A stretch of DNA of 64,000 bases from an uncultured Gemmatimonadaceae bacterium (GTDB taxonomy: Bacteria; Gemmatimonadota; Gemmatimonadetes; Gemmatimonadales; Gemmatimonadaceae), in contig CAWHHI010000006.1 in NCBI GenBank assembly GCA_963829055.1, positions 32,001 to 96,000 of the forward strand. The letters run 5' to 3'. Shown here one piece after another: positions 53,570 through 62,273 of this stretch; position 1 is the stretch's first letter; each line of letters starts with the position of its first letter. The notes beneath the pieces are model-generated. The model had not been told where the DNA came from. It searched no databases and saw only the letters and a program-made list of their open reading frames with translations. The translations under genes were made by a program, and so were the position numbers.

Positions 53570-53737
53570 GTCATTCCGAGCGAAGCGCCGAAGGCGCGAA
53601 GTCGAGGAATCGCGACCATACGGGTAGAGGGCTCTCTACCCCGCAGAGTCTCGATTCCTCGACTCGCTCCGCTCGCTCGGAATGACGACCTGCTCGGAAT
53701 GACGACCTGCTCGGAATGACGACCCGCGCGGAATGAC
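53570..53737. repeat. Full-length GTCATTCCGAGC..GCTCGGAATGAC palindrome plus 17-bp tandem copies of its right end
   Basis: Element at 53570-53686; GCTCGGAATGACGACC(T) units at 53675, 53692, 53709 and a variant at 53726. Confidence 0.85.
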
Positions 53738-55245
53738 TACCTCCACTGCGCGCGCATCTGCTCGATGACCGCCTGGCGGATATCGCGACGCTCGCCGACC
53801 ACCTCGACACCCGGTGTGTCGCGCTTGAGGAATTCGATACCGACCTCGAGCCCCGTCAGCAGATAGTCGGCGATCGCCACGCGATACGTGCGAGACTCAT
53901 CGAGCGGTGCGCCGGCGATTCGCCACCCGGCGACGGTCGATCCCTCGACGCTCGTGCGCTGCAGAAAACCGCCGCTCCCGATGTTCCGTTCGCCCGCCGC
54001 GAGCACTCGGCTGAGCAACTCCCCCCGCATGCGCACGTCTACGGTCTTCCCACCGAACGGCAACATGCGGATCACATCGTACTGCGTGATTGGACCTACC
54101 GGCACGGCGTCGTCGATGCGAATCGCGCCCGCGTTGAACAGCGAGAGCTCCGCGTCAGGCACGTCCCGACGCATTGCCGCACCGATCAGATCAGTCATTG
54201 TGCTATGCGTCGTACGCACCGTCGACTCGCGACCGTCGAGTGTGATGGGCGTGTTGGCAACGAGCTCGCGCGGCCGGAAGCCATCGTGCCCGAACCCGGC
54301 GAACGCCGTGTCCACCCATCGCGCGACGACATGAGCGACGCCGCTATCTTCGGCCATACGCTCGTCGATGGCCACGAGCCTTGATGCTACCTCCGCGCGT
54401 CGTCCGTTGGACGGCGGCCGGATCTCCAGGATCTGCACGGAGCGCACATTGGCGTCACTCTTGAGCACCGGCGTGAACCGCGGACCTCGGCGCAGCGTGT
54501 AGTTCTCGTGCTCGTGCCCACCGAGTACGACGTCGATTTCCGGATTCTCGGTGAGGAGACGCGCATCGTCATTGACGCTCACGTGCGTGAGGGCGATGAG
54601 CACGTCCGCGGAATCACGCAGCAGTGTCGCCTCGCGATGCGCCGCCTCGAACGGATCGGTCACTCGACTCCACGACGGACGATTCGACGGAATCACGACG
54701 CCGAGGAACGCGACGCGAACGTCGCGTCCGCCGGCGCGAACCGTTCGGATCACGTGCGGCAGCACCTTCGCGAATGGTCTGCCCGCGCTGTCGGTCACGT
54801 TCGCGGCGATCACGACGAAGCGCGCCTCGTTCATCCGCGCGAGAAATGCGTCGCGGCTGATATCGAACTCGTGGTTACCGAGTACCGCGACGTCGAGCCC
54901 GACCGCGTTGAGCACGTCCACCATCTGCCGACCATTCAACCGCTCACCACCAACGCGCGCGGTACCGAGTGCCGAGGGCGACACGAAGTCGCCGCCGAGC
55001 GTAGTGATGAGCGTGGGAAAAGAGTCGCGAAGCGCCCGGCGCAGCGTCGCGACTCGTGCCAGTCCACCGCTCTTGCCCGCCTCGACCGGCGTGATCTCGT
55101 AGACGTCGTTGAAATGCAGGATGTGGATCGCGTCGGCACCGGTCGCGACCGGCGCCGGAGTCGCGGAGCTGTTGGGCCGCGTTGGCGCGCACGCGGCGGC
55201 GATAACTGTGGCGGTGAGAAGACGGACAAACGACTTCACGATCAC
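53737..55245 (-). CDS. 5'-nucleotidase family bifunctional metallophosphatase (lipoprotein)
   Basis: LHFNDVYE, GGDF, GNHEFD, LTH, GGHEH, NAGAIR, LPFG. Confidence 0.88.
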   Translation of the reverse strand: MIVKSFVRLLTATVIAAACAPTRPNSSATPAPVATGADAIHILHFNDVYEITPVEAGKSGGLARVATLRRALRDSFPTLITTLGGDFVSPSALGTARVGGERLNGRQMVDVLNAVGLDVAVLGNHEFDISRDAFLARMNEARFVVIAANVTDSAGRPFAKVLPHVIRTVRAGGRDVRVAFLGVVIPSNRPSWSRVTDPFEAAHREATLLRDSADVLIALTHVSVNDDARLLTENPEIDVVLGGHEHENYTLRRGPRFTPVLKSDANVRSVQILEIRPPSNGRRAEVASRLVAIDERMAEDSGVAHVVARWVDTAFAGFGHDGFRPRELVANTPITLDGRESTVRTTHSTMTDLIGAAMRRDVPDAELSLFNAGAIRIDDAVPVGPITQYDVIRMLPFGGKTVDVRMRGELLSRVLAAGERNIGSGGFLQRTSVEGSTVAGWRIAGAPLDESRTYRVAIADYLLTGLEVGIEFLKRDTPGVEVVGERRDIRQAVIEQMRAQWR

Positions 55246-55319
55246 GACGAATCTCCTGTGGACTACGGCGTTGGTATTCTATCCCGGGTAATGGTGGGGG
55301 AGTATTCTCACCGTCACTC

Positions 55320-56288
55320 ATGCGATACTCGAGATTGGCCTTGCTCGCCGTCGCCGTCGGATGCGGGAGCGACAAAGCCACCGCACCGTCGGACGTGGCC
55401 ACGGATCCGGCTCGCGCCGTTTTCGTGACGAGCGACATCCAGCACTTCTGGGCCGCGTACGACGCCAACGCCGGTGGCGGAACCTCGGCGTTTCAGGCCG
55501 AGTACCTCGACCGCGCGTCTCCGGGGCTGCGCGACTTCATCGCGTCGCGCAACCTGACCGCGGCGAACCTGGCCTCCATGGTCCGGACGTACCCGCGCTA
55601 CTTCTCGAGCATTCGCGCGTCGACGTTGACGCTGGCGTCGGATGAGACCCTGCAGAATCGAATCCGTGAGGGCTACAGGAAGATCGCGGGCATGTACACC
55701 GCGGCCGTGTTTCCGCCCGTGACGTTCCTCATTGGCCGCTTCAGCACCGGTGGAACGACGTCGACGAACGGGATGCTCGTGGGGCTCGAGTTCTACGCGA
55801 TCACGCCGTCGACGCCGCTGGACGAGCTGGGCCAGTTCCAGCGCGACAACGTCCGGGCGCTCGACAGCCTGCCGATCATCGTCGCGCACGAGCACACGCA
55901 CATTCTCCAGGCGCGAGCCGGCGGCGTGTTCAACAAGGCAAGGAAGAACCTGCTCGAGCAATCACTGCTGGAGGGCGGCGCGGATTTCGTCGCGTATCTC
56001 GTGACGGGCGGCAACATCAACGCACGCCTGCAGGCCTACGGGATTCCCCGCGAAGCGGCCCTCTGGGCCGAGTTCAAGACGCAAATGCGCGGGACGGACG
56101 TGAGCCGCTGGCTCTACAACCAGGGCAACGCGACCGCCGACCGCCCGGGCGACCTGGGGTATTTCATCGGCTACCGCATTGCGGAAGCGTTCTACGCGCG
56201 TACGGCGGACAAGCGTCAAGCGCTCCTTGGGATCATCGACGTGAGCAACGCCGATCTGTTCCTCACTCAGAGTGGCTACGCGCCGTAG
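55320..56288 (+). CDS. Putative Zn-dependent peptidase lipoprotein (DUF2268/GldB-like)
   Basis: Lipobox AVGC; AHEHTH, EGGADF, DLGYFIGY.I. Confidence 0.7.
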   Translation: MRYSRLALLAVAVGCGSDKATAPSDVATDPARAVFVTSDIQHFWAAYDANAGGGTSAFQAEYLDRASPGLRDFIASRNLTAANLASMVRTYPRYFSSIRASTLTLASDETLQNRIREGYRKIAGMYTAAVFPPVTFLIGRFSTGGTTSTNGMLVGLEFYAITPSTPLDELGQFQRDNVRALDSLPIIVAHEHTHILQARAGGVFNKARKNLLEQSLLEGGADFVAYLVTGGNINARLQAYGIPREAALWAEFKTQMRGTDVSRWLYNQGNATADRPGDLGYFIGYRIAEAFYARTADKRQALLGIIDVSNADLFLTQSGYAP

Positions 56289-56349
56289 CTGGCGCGAGGT
56301 TGGCGCGGGAAAGACACCGGTGCCGGTCAGGCGACTCCTCGACTACCGG

Positions 56350-56712
56350 GTCGTGGTAGCCGGCGACCTCGCGGAAGAGCCGCGCGGTGCTGCCCACCCC
56401 ACCGGCCCAATCGCGCCGGACCTCATTACACTTCGTAGCACCGCGGCACTGGCGCCGACGACGTTGTTCGGGACGGTTTGCCTGAGGCGCGACGTCGCGG
56501 GGGTCGGCGGGTTCGAGGATGCGCGTCGTCGATCGACGAGACTTCGCGCCTTCGGCCTCGATCTCACCGTTCTCGATCTGTCGGCACTCGTGCAGGCGCG
56601 AACGGCTTCCAGCAGACGCGAGGACATCGCGAAGCTGCCGATGCTCGAAACACTGCTCGCGCTCCCCGCTCTTGAAGAGCGATATCGCGAGCTCGCTGCC
56701 AATCGTTCATAA
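56350..56712 (+). pseudogene. Remnant resembling the C-terminal half of a nucleotidyltransferase-like hypothetical family
   Basis: DVAGVGGFE...FGLDL.VLDL..L..AR....R.ED...L..L; no clear start or N-terminus. Confidence 0.35.
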
Positions 56713-56736
56713 CATCGTACTTACTACATAGTCATC

Positions 56737-58578
56737 GTGTCCGAAGACTCCCCAATTTCCGCCTTCGCCGAGCTCGGGCTCGACCCGCGCATCACCGCGA
56801 CACTCACCACGCTCGGGTACGAGGAGCCGACGCCGATTCAGCGCGAGGCCATCCCCGCCCTGCTCGCCGGCCGCGATGTGCTCGGGCAGGCGGCCACTGG
56901 CACCGGCAAGACCGCCGCGTTCACGCTGCCGCTCATTCAGCGCGCAGCCCTCGGCGTCGATGGCGACTCCGTCATCGATCATGACGAGGACGGCGCGCCG
57001 AGGGATGACGGCAAGGGACCATCGGTGCTCATTCTGGTGCCGACTCGCGAGCTCGCGATGCAGGTCGGCGAAGCGGTGCACAAGTACGGCAAAGGCCTCG
57101 GCATCCGTGCGGTGCCCGTGTACGGCGGACAGGACATCCGCCGTCAGCTTCGCGCGCTCGAGCGCGGGAGCGACGTCGTCATCGCCACACCGGGGCGCGC
57201 GCTCGACCACATCCGCCGCAAGACGATGTCGTTAGGCAACGTGCGCGCCGTCGTGCTCGACGAGGCGGACGAGATGCTCGACATGGGGTTCGCCGAAGAT
57301 CTCGAGTCGATCCTTTCCGCCGCGCCCTCGGTTCGGCAGACGGCGCTCTTCTCGGCCACGCTGCCGCCGCGCATTCGCGACATGGCCGAGCGGCATCTGA
57401 CCGACCCGGTGCGCCTGTCGATTCCCACCGAGCGCACGGCGAGCGGCGCGATTCCGCGGGTGCGCCAGATGGCGTACATCGTGGGCCGGTCGCACAAGAT
57501 CGCGGCGCTGGGACGCATTCTCGACGTCGAAGCGCCGACGCTGGCGTTCATCTTCTGTCGCACGCGCACCGAGGTCGATGAGCTGACCGAGACGCTCAAC
57601 GGTCGCGGCTATCGCTCCGAAGCGTTGCACGGCGGCATGTCGCAGGAGCAGCGCGATCGCGTCATGCGGCGCGTCCGCAGCGGTGCGACCGATCTGCTCG
57701 TCGCGACAGACGTGGCGGCGCGTGGACTCGACGTCGAGCAGGTGTCGCACGTCGTGAACTACGACGTACCGTCGGCGCCGGAAGCGTACGTGCATCGCAT
57801 CGGCCGCACGGGGCGAGCCGGACGCGAAGGCGTCGCGATCACGCTGGCCGAGCCGCGCGAGCATCGGTTGCTGCGCAACATCGAGTTCATCACGAAGCAG
57901 AAGATCGAGGTCGCGACTGTTCCGACGGTCGCGGATCTGCGCGCGCGACGCCTCGAGCTCACTCGTGGCTCGCTCGAGGAAGCGCTGATGGAGGGCGAGG
58001 ACTCGCTCGAGACGTATCGGGTGGTCGTGAACGCACTCGCCGCTGAGTACGATGTCGTGGACATCGCGGCGGCAGCGGTGAAGCTCGCCGACGAGCGTCG
58101 TCGCGATGGTGACGCGCCCGAGGAGGTCGAGATTCCCGCGGCACACGTGCGTGAGCGGTCGCGCGAGGGCAGGGAAAGCCGCGGCCCGCGTGAGTCGCAG
58201 GGCCGAGGTGAGCGGGAGGGTCGCGGCGAGCGCGAAGGCCGTGGCGATCGGCCCGAGCGCGGTGCCCGTCCCGAGCGCACGCCACGTCGCGGCAGTGGTC
58301 GCGGACGTCCGCCCGAGTGGGACGTGACGCGCGTGTACGTGGGCGCGGGTCGCAAGGCGGGGGTTCGGCCTGGTGACCTCGTCGGCGCCATCGCGAACGA
58401 AGCACGCGTGGACTCGAGCAACATCGGAGCGATCGAGATCGCTGATCGTTTCTCGCTCGTCGAGGTTCCGGAGCCGATGGCCGAGCGGATCATCGACGCG
58501 CTGCGAAACACGACGATCAAGGGCAAGCGTGTGATGGTACGTCGTGATCGAGACTTCGAGGGTGGAAGCCGGGACTGA
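56737..58578 (+). CDS. deaD: DEAD-box RNA helicase DeaD/CsdA with DbpA-type RNA-binding domain
   Basis: PTPIQ, ATGTGKT, PTRELA, TPGR, DEAD, SAT, ARGLD, HRIGRTGRAG, RPGDLVGAIANE. Confidence 0.93.
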   Translation: MSEDSPISAFAELGLDPRITATLTTLGYEEPTPIQREAIPALLAGRDVLGQAATGTGKTAAFTLPLIQRAALGVDGDSVIDHDEDGAPRDDGKGPSVLILVPTRELAMQVGEAVHKYGKGLGIRAVPVYGGQDIRRQLRALERGSDVVIATPGRALDHIRRKTMSLGNVRAVVLDEADEMLDMGFAEDLESILSAAPSVRQTALFSATLPPRIRDMAERHLTDPVRLSIPTERTASGAIPRVRQMAYIVGRSHKIAALGRILDVEAPTLAFIFCRTRTEVDELTETLNGRGYRSEALHGGMSQEQRDRVMRRVRSGATDLLVATDVAARGLDVEQVSHVVNYDVPSAPEAYVHRIGRTGRAGREGVAITLAEPREHRLLRNIEFITKQKIEVATVPTVADLRARRLELTRGSLEEALMEGEDSLETYRVVVNALAAEYDVVDIAAAAVKLADERRRDGDAPEEVEIPAAHVRERSREGRESRGPRESQGRGEREGRGEREGRGDRPERGARPERTPRRGSGRGRPPEWDVTRVYVGAGRKAGVRPGDLVGAIANEARVDSSNIGAIEIADRFSLVEVPEPMAERIIDALRNTTIKGKRVMVRRDRDFEGGSRD

Positions 58579-59065
58579 TTTGCTGACGTACGACGTCGTC
58601 CCGACGCCGATCGGCCGCCTCATCGTCGCCAGCGACGGCTCGGCCATCGCGGGGGTGTGGATGGCGAACGCGAATCCTCGTGACGCAGCCTGGGCGAGTC
58701 ATCGCGGGACCGACGCGTTGCTCGCCCAGGCGCGCGAGGAACTGCTCGCGTACTTCGACGGGCGACTCCGCGACTTCACCGTTCCGCTCGCGCCTAACGG
58801 GACGGAGTTTCAGCGTCGCGTGTGGGATGCGCTGCGCGAGATTCCGTTCGGGACGACGATCAGCTACGCGGCGCTCGCGGGTCGCCTGAACAACACGGCG
58901 GCGCTGAGAGCCGTCGGCGCGGCGAACGGTCGTAACCCGATCCCGATCATCATCCCGTGTCACCGCGTCATCGGCAGTGACGGATCGCTGACCGGGTTCG
59001 GCGGAGGGATCGAGCGGAAGCGGTGGCTGCTGCAGCACGAGGGCGCGCTTCTTACCATCTTATGA
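58562..59065 (+). CDS. ogt: Methylated-DNA--protein-cysteine methyltransferase
   Basis: TPIG, GTEFQRRVW, IPFG, RAVGAANGRNP, PCHRV. Confidence 0.93.
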   Translation: MEAGTDLLTYDVVPTPIGRLIVASDGSAIAGVWMANANPRDAAWASHRGTDALLAQAREELLAYFDGRLRDFTVPLAPNGTEFQRRVWDALREIPFGTTISYAALAGRLNNTAALRAVGAANGRNPIPIIIPCHRVIGSDGSLTGFGGGIERKRWLLQHEGALLTIL

Positions 59066-59125
59066 CTATGTAGGGTGGCCGGCGCGCGATACTGAGTCCA
59101 TGACTCAGCGTGATCAGCGCGCCTC

Positions 59126-60073
59126 ATGACGGCGACCGCCGCACCTGCGGCGTCCGCGTACCGCGCGATAGACGGCGTTCACTGGTGCCTTCGCATCGGT
59201 GCGGCGGCGTGCTTCATCGGGCACGGGGCGTTCGGCGTCATCACGAAGTCGGCGTGGCTGCCGTATTTCGCCGTGACAGGCATTTCGCCGGACGTCGCAT
59301 ACGCGCTCATGCCGGTGATCGGAACGATCGACATCGTCCTGGGGCTCACGGTCCTGCTGTCGCCTCGGCCGATCGTGCTGCTCTACATGAGCGTGTGGGC
59401 GCTGTGGACCGCGCTGCTCCGGCCGCTCGCTGGTGAAACCGTGTTCGAGGCGATGGAGCGGGCGGGGAACTACGGCGTGCCGCTCGCGATGCTCCTCCTC
59501 GTCGGGTTACCCAGGAACTGGCGGCGCTGGCGCGGGTGGTTTCGAGTGTCTGAAGGAGCGCCGGTAAATGCCGCGACGCTCGTCCGCGTGCTGCAGTGGA
59601 CGACGGCCATGCTGCTGTTCGCGCATGGCGCGCTCGCCGCGATCACACAGAAACCGCTGTTCGCGGTGCACTACGCCGCGTTAGGTCTGCCTGCCGCGAT
59701 CGCGCCGGCGATCGGATACGTCGAGATGGCGGTCGGGCTCTCGGTCCTCGTATTTCCGATCCCGGCTCTGCTCATCGCGATCGCGGTGTGGAAGGCCGCG
59801 ACCGAGGCGTTGTTTCCGATCGCCGGAGCGCCAATGTGGGAGTTCGTCGAGCGAGCTGGCAGCTACGCCGCACCGCTGGCCCTCGCGCTGCTGGTGGCCA
59901 GCCGCAGCCCTGTGCGCACCCAAGGAGAGGTTTGTGGTAGATCGTTAGGCATTACGTCATTCCGAGCGGAGCGCCGAAGGCGCGCAGTCGAGGAATCGCG
60001 ACTCGTCCCGATAGAGGGCCCCTCTAGCCGTATGATCGCGATTCCTCGACTCGCTGACGCTCGCTCGGAATGA
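59126..60073 (+). CDS. Multi-pass membrane protein with two DoxX-like repeats; 3' end runs into a palindromic repeat
   Basis: Duplicated pattern LR...A..F.(G/A)HG...I..K and E..ERAG.Y..PL. Confidence 0.65.
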   Translation: MTATAAPAASAYRAIDGVHWCLRIGAAACFIGHGAFGVITKSAWLPYFAVTGISPDVAYALMPVIGTIDIVLGLTVLLSPRPIVLLYMSVWALWTALLRPLAGETVFEAMERAGNYGVPLAMLLLVGLPRNWRRWRGWFRVSEGAPVNAATLVRVLQWTTAMLLFAHGALAAITQKPLFAVHYAALGLPAAIAPAIGYVEMAVGLSVLVFPIPALLIAIAVWKAATEALFPIAGAPMWEFVERAGSYAAPLALALLVASRSPVRTQGEVCGRSLGITSFRAERRRRAVEESRLVPIEGPSSRMIAIPRLADARSE

Positions 60074-60092
60074 CACGGCCGCTCGGAATGAC
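59956..60092. repeat. Full-length GTCATTCCGAGC..GCTCGGAATGAC palindrome plus one extra right end
   Basis: Arms nearly identical to 53570-53686; inner TAGAGGG/CCCTCTA hairpin; second GCTCGGAATGAC at 60081-60092. Confidence 0.85.
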
Positions 60093-60115
60093 AACACCAA
60101 CCAAGGAGACCCACG

Positions 60116-61126
60116 ATGCTACTCACACATGCCTTGTTGACGTTCCTCGCGGCGGCGAGCCCGCCCGATAGCCTGTTGTCGGCCGACTCGCTGCTCGTCG
60201 AGTTGCGGAAGGGCGGCTACACGATCGTGTGGCGTCATACGGCGACCGACAGAAGTGTCCAGGAGCCAATGGACTATCAGAACACTCCGCGCTTTCAGCA
60301 GCGGAACTTGACCGACCGCGGCATCGCCGACGCGAAGGCGGTCGGAGCGATCTTCAAGAGCCGTGGCATCCCGGTCGGCGAGGTGCTGTCGAGCCCAATG
60401 TTCCGGACGCGCGAGACCGCTGAATACGCGTTCGGGCACGTGGAGTCCACGCCGCTGCTGCGTCAGGTCGATCGGTCACCGGAACAGCTGCGGTTGATCG
60501 CCACCGAGCCAGCCGCCGGAACGAATCGCGTGCTCGTGACGCATCACTTCGTGATCGAGCAAAACGTGCCGGGCATCAAGCCGGGGATGATCGGCGAAGG
60601 CGAAGCGGTGGTGGTGAAAGCAACCGGCCGCGACGGGCTGCGCCTCGTCGGCATCTTCAAGATGGCCGACTGGCAACGGCTGAGCGAGCAGCTCGACAAG
60701 TCCGCATCGACGAGCACCAACGGCGGAACCGCAGCCAGGACGTTCGTTCACGGAGGGGCCGCTCCGGCTGGCCCTACGGCGTCGCCGGCCGCCACCGCAG
60801 CGTTGCTCCAGGCCCCGCAGAATGTCGCGATCACCAACTATCTCGAGGCCTTCAACAGCGGCGACGCAGCGCGCATGCGCGAGTTCTACGAGCGATCCGT
60901 CGTGCCGAATCCGACGCGCACGATGGACGAGCGGATGGAAGTCTACAATCGACTGAAGGGCGACCTCGGAACAGTGACTGTGATTTCGGCCGAGGCTGTC
61001 GAGACGAATCGTGTTGCGGTGAAGGTTCAAGCGAGCAAGGGAACCACCGCCGTCATCACGTTCGCCCCTGAAACGCAGCAGCCATACCGCCTCGTGACGA
61101 TCAGCTTTGCGATCGTCGGCGGATGA
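60116..61126 (+). CDS. Secreted histidine phosphatase family protein with an extra C-terminal domain
   Basis: AAGGAG RBS; WRH, QRNL..RG, SSP..R..ETA, LVTH. Confidence 0.75.
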   Translation: MLLTHALLTFLAAASPPDSLLSADSLLVELRKGGYTIVWRHTATDRSVQEPMDYQNTPRFQQRNLTDRGIADAKAVGAIFKSRGIPVGEVLSSPMFRTRETAEYAFGHVESTPLLRQVDRSPEQLRLIATEPAAGTNRVLVTHHFVIEQNVPGIKPGMIGEGEAVVVKATGRDGLRLVGIFKMADWQRLSEQLDKSASTSTNGGTAARTFVHGGAAPAGPTASPAATAALLQAPQNVAITNYLEAFNSGDAARMREFYERSVVPNPTRTMDERMEVYNRLKGDLGTVTVISAEAVETNRVAVKVQASKGTTAVITFAPETQQPYRLVTISFAIVGG

Positions 61127-61274
61127 GCCTAACAACGTTAGGTGTCGCGAGAGGCTAACGTGGCATGCACCGCGTGGCTCCGTCAACAACGACGCGAGTA
61201 GTCCGTCGACCGTCTGACACTTCCACCGATTCGCCGCCGTAAGTGATTTGAATCACCGGCGTCGAGGTCGGATC

Positions 61275-62273
61275 ATGGAAAGCCCGTCGAACACTCAGGC
61301 GACCCGCTCAGCGAGCAGGTCGCCCGAAAGTGTCCCACTCCCCTCCGACAGCATCATGATGTGGGGTGCCAAGGGATCAGGGAAATCGGTGTACATCGCT
61401 TCCCTGGTCTACTGGAGTCCTCCCGCTGATGCCGCGCGTCGCGTGTGCGTGCTCCCCGCGAATTCAACGGCGGCCGAGTGGGTGGCGGATCGCGTCAGAA
61501 GCCTGACGGCCGCGGGAATCGGGAATCGGGAATGGGGAATCGGAGCCTCCGCGGGCAGTTCGATTCCCGATTCCCCATTCCCGATTCCCGAGGTGTACAA
61601 GACGCTCACCGAACGCCGCCTCGACTTCCGTCTCTACACCCTGCCCACGACGGCCGGGCCCATAACGCGGCTACTCAACACCGAGTCGCGCTACGAGGCG
61701 AGCCTCAACTTCTGGGACGTGCCTGGCGAAGTGTACGACGGCGACATCCCGCCCAACATCCTGCGCGAGATGACCCGCGCGCGCGGGCTCATCCTGCTCA
61801 TCAACCCGAGCTTCGTGCCTAACGAAGGCCGAGAGCGCTACTACATGCGCTTCTTCGACCGCACGCTCGGCCGACTCAAGTTCGCGCTCGCCGAGGCTGC
61901 GCGTCGAGGGGAGCGGGTGCCGTTCGATCCGCGCACGAACCAGCTCACGATACCGGTTGCGGTCTGCCTGAGCCAGATCGATCGGTCGCCGCAGTTCATG
62001 GACGCCGAGCCGAAGGCGCTGTTCGAAGAGACCGTCGGCGACACCGCGCCCATCCTGTACTCGTGGCTCACGACGTTCGACATCTTCAAGCTGTCGGCGT
62101 TAGGCCGGCCGCTGCGCCGAGTCGGCGATCGCGAGGTGCTCGACGGCGAGCCGCGGCCGAAGTTCGTTCACTTGCCGATCTCGTGGATCGTGAGTCGGAC
62201 GGGCGGCGCGGAAGGCGGACGGCGGATGGCGGATGGCGGAGGAACAGCGCGGGTATCTGGGGGGCGGGCATGA
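61275..62273 (+). CDS. TRAFAC-class P-loop GTPase (conflict-system type) carrying an in-frame repeat insertion
   Basis: G1 WGAKGSGKS, G3 FWDVPGE, GLILLINP, G4-like VCLSQID, G5 LSALG. Confidence 0.75.
   Translation: MESPSNTQATRSASRSPESVPLPSDSIMMWGAKGSGKSVYIASLVYWSPPADAARRVCVLPANSTAAEWVADRVRSLTAAGIGNREWGIGASAGSSIPDSPFPIPEVYKTLTERRLDFRLYTLPTTAGPITRLLNTESRYEASLNFWDVPGEVYDGDIPPNILREMTRARGLILLINPSFVPNEGRERYYMRFFDRTLGRLKFALAEAARRGERVPFDPRTNQLTIPVAVCLSQIDRSPQFMDAEPKALFEETVGDTAPILYSWLTTFDIFKLSALGRPLRRVGDREVLDGEPRPKFVHLPISWIVSRTGGAEGGRRMADGGGTARVSGGRA
61513..61590. repeat. Inverted heptamer element (78 bp) inside the GTPase CDS
   Basis: CGGGAATCGGGAATCGGGAATGGGGAATCG - 18 nt - CGATTCCCGATTCCCCATTCCCGATTCCCG. 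Confidence 0.85.

Noticed and set aside
53675..53737. CRISPR array
   Set aside because: 17-bp tandem units with no unique spacers, derived from the adjacent palindrome end; no cas genes.
58150..58310. Repeat element inside deaD
   Set aside because: Ordinary Arg/Gly/Glu low-complexity linker typical of DeaD proteins.
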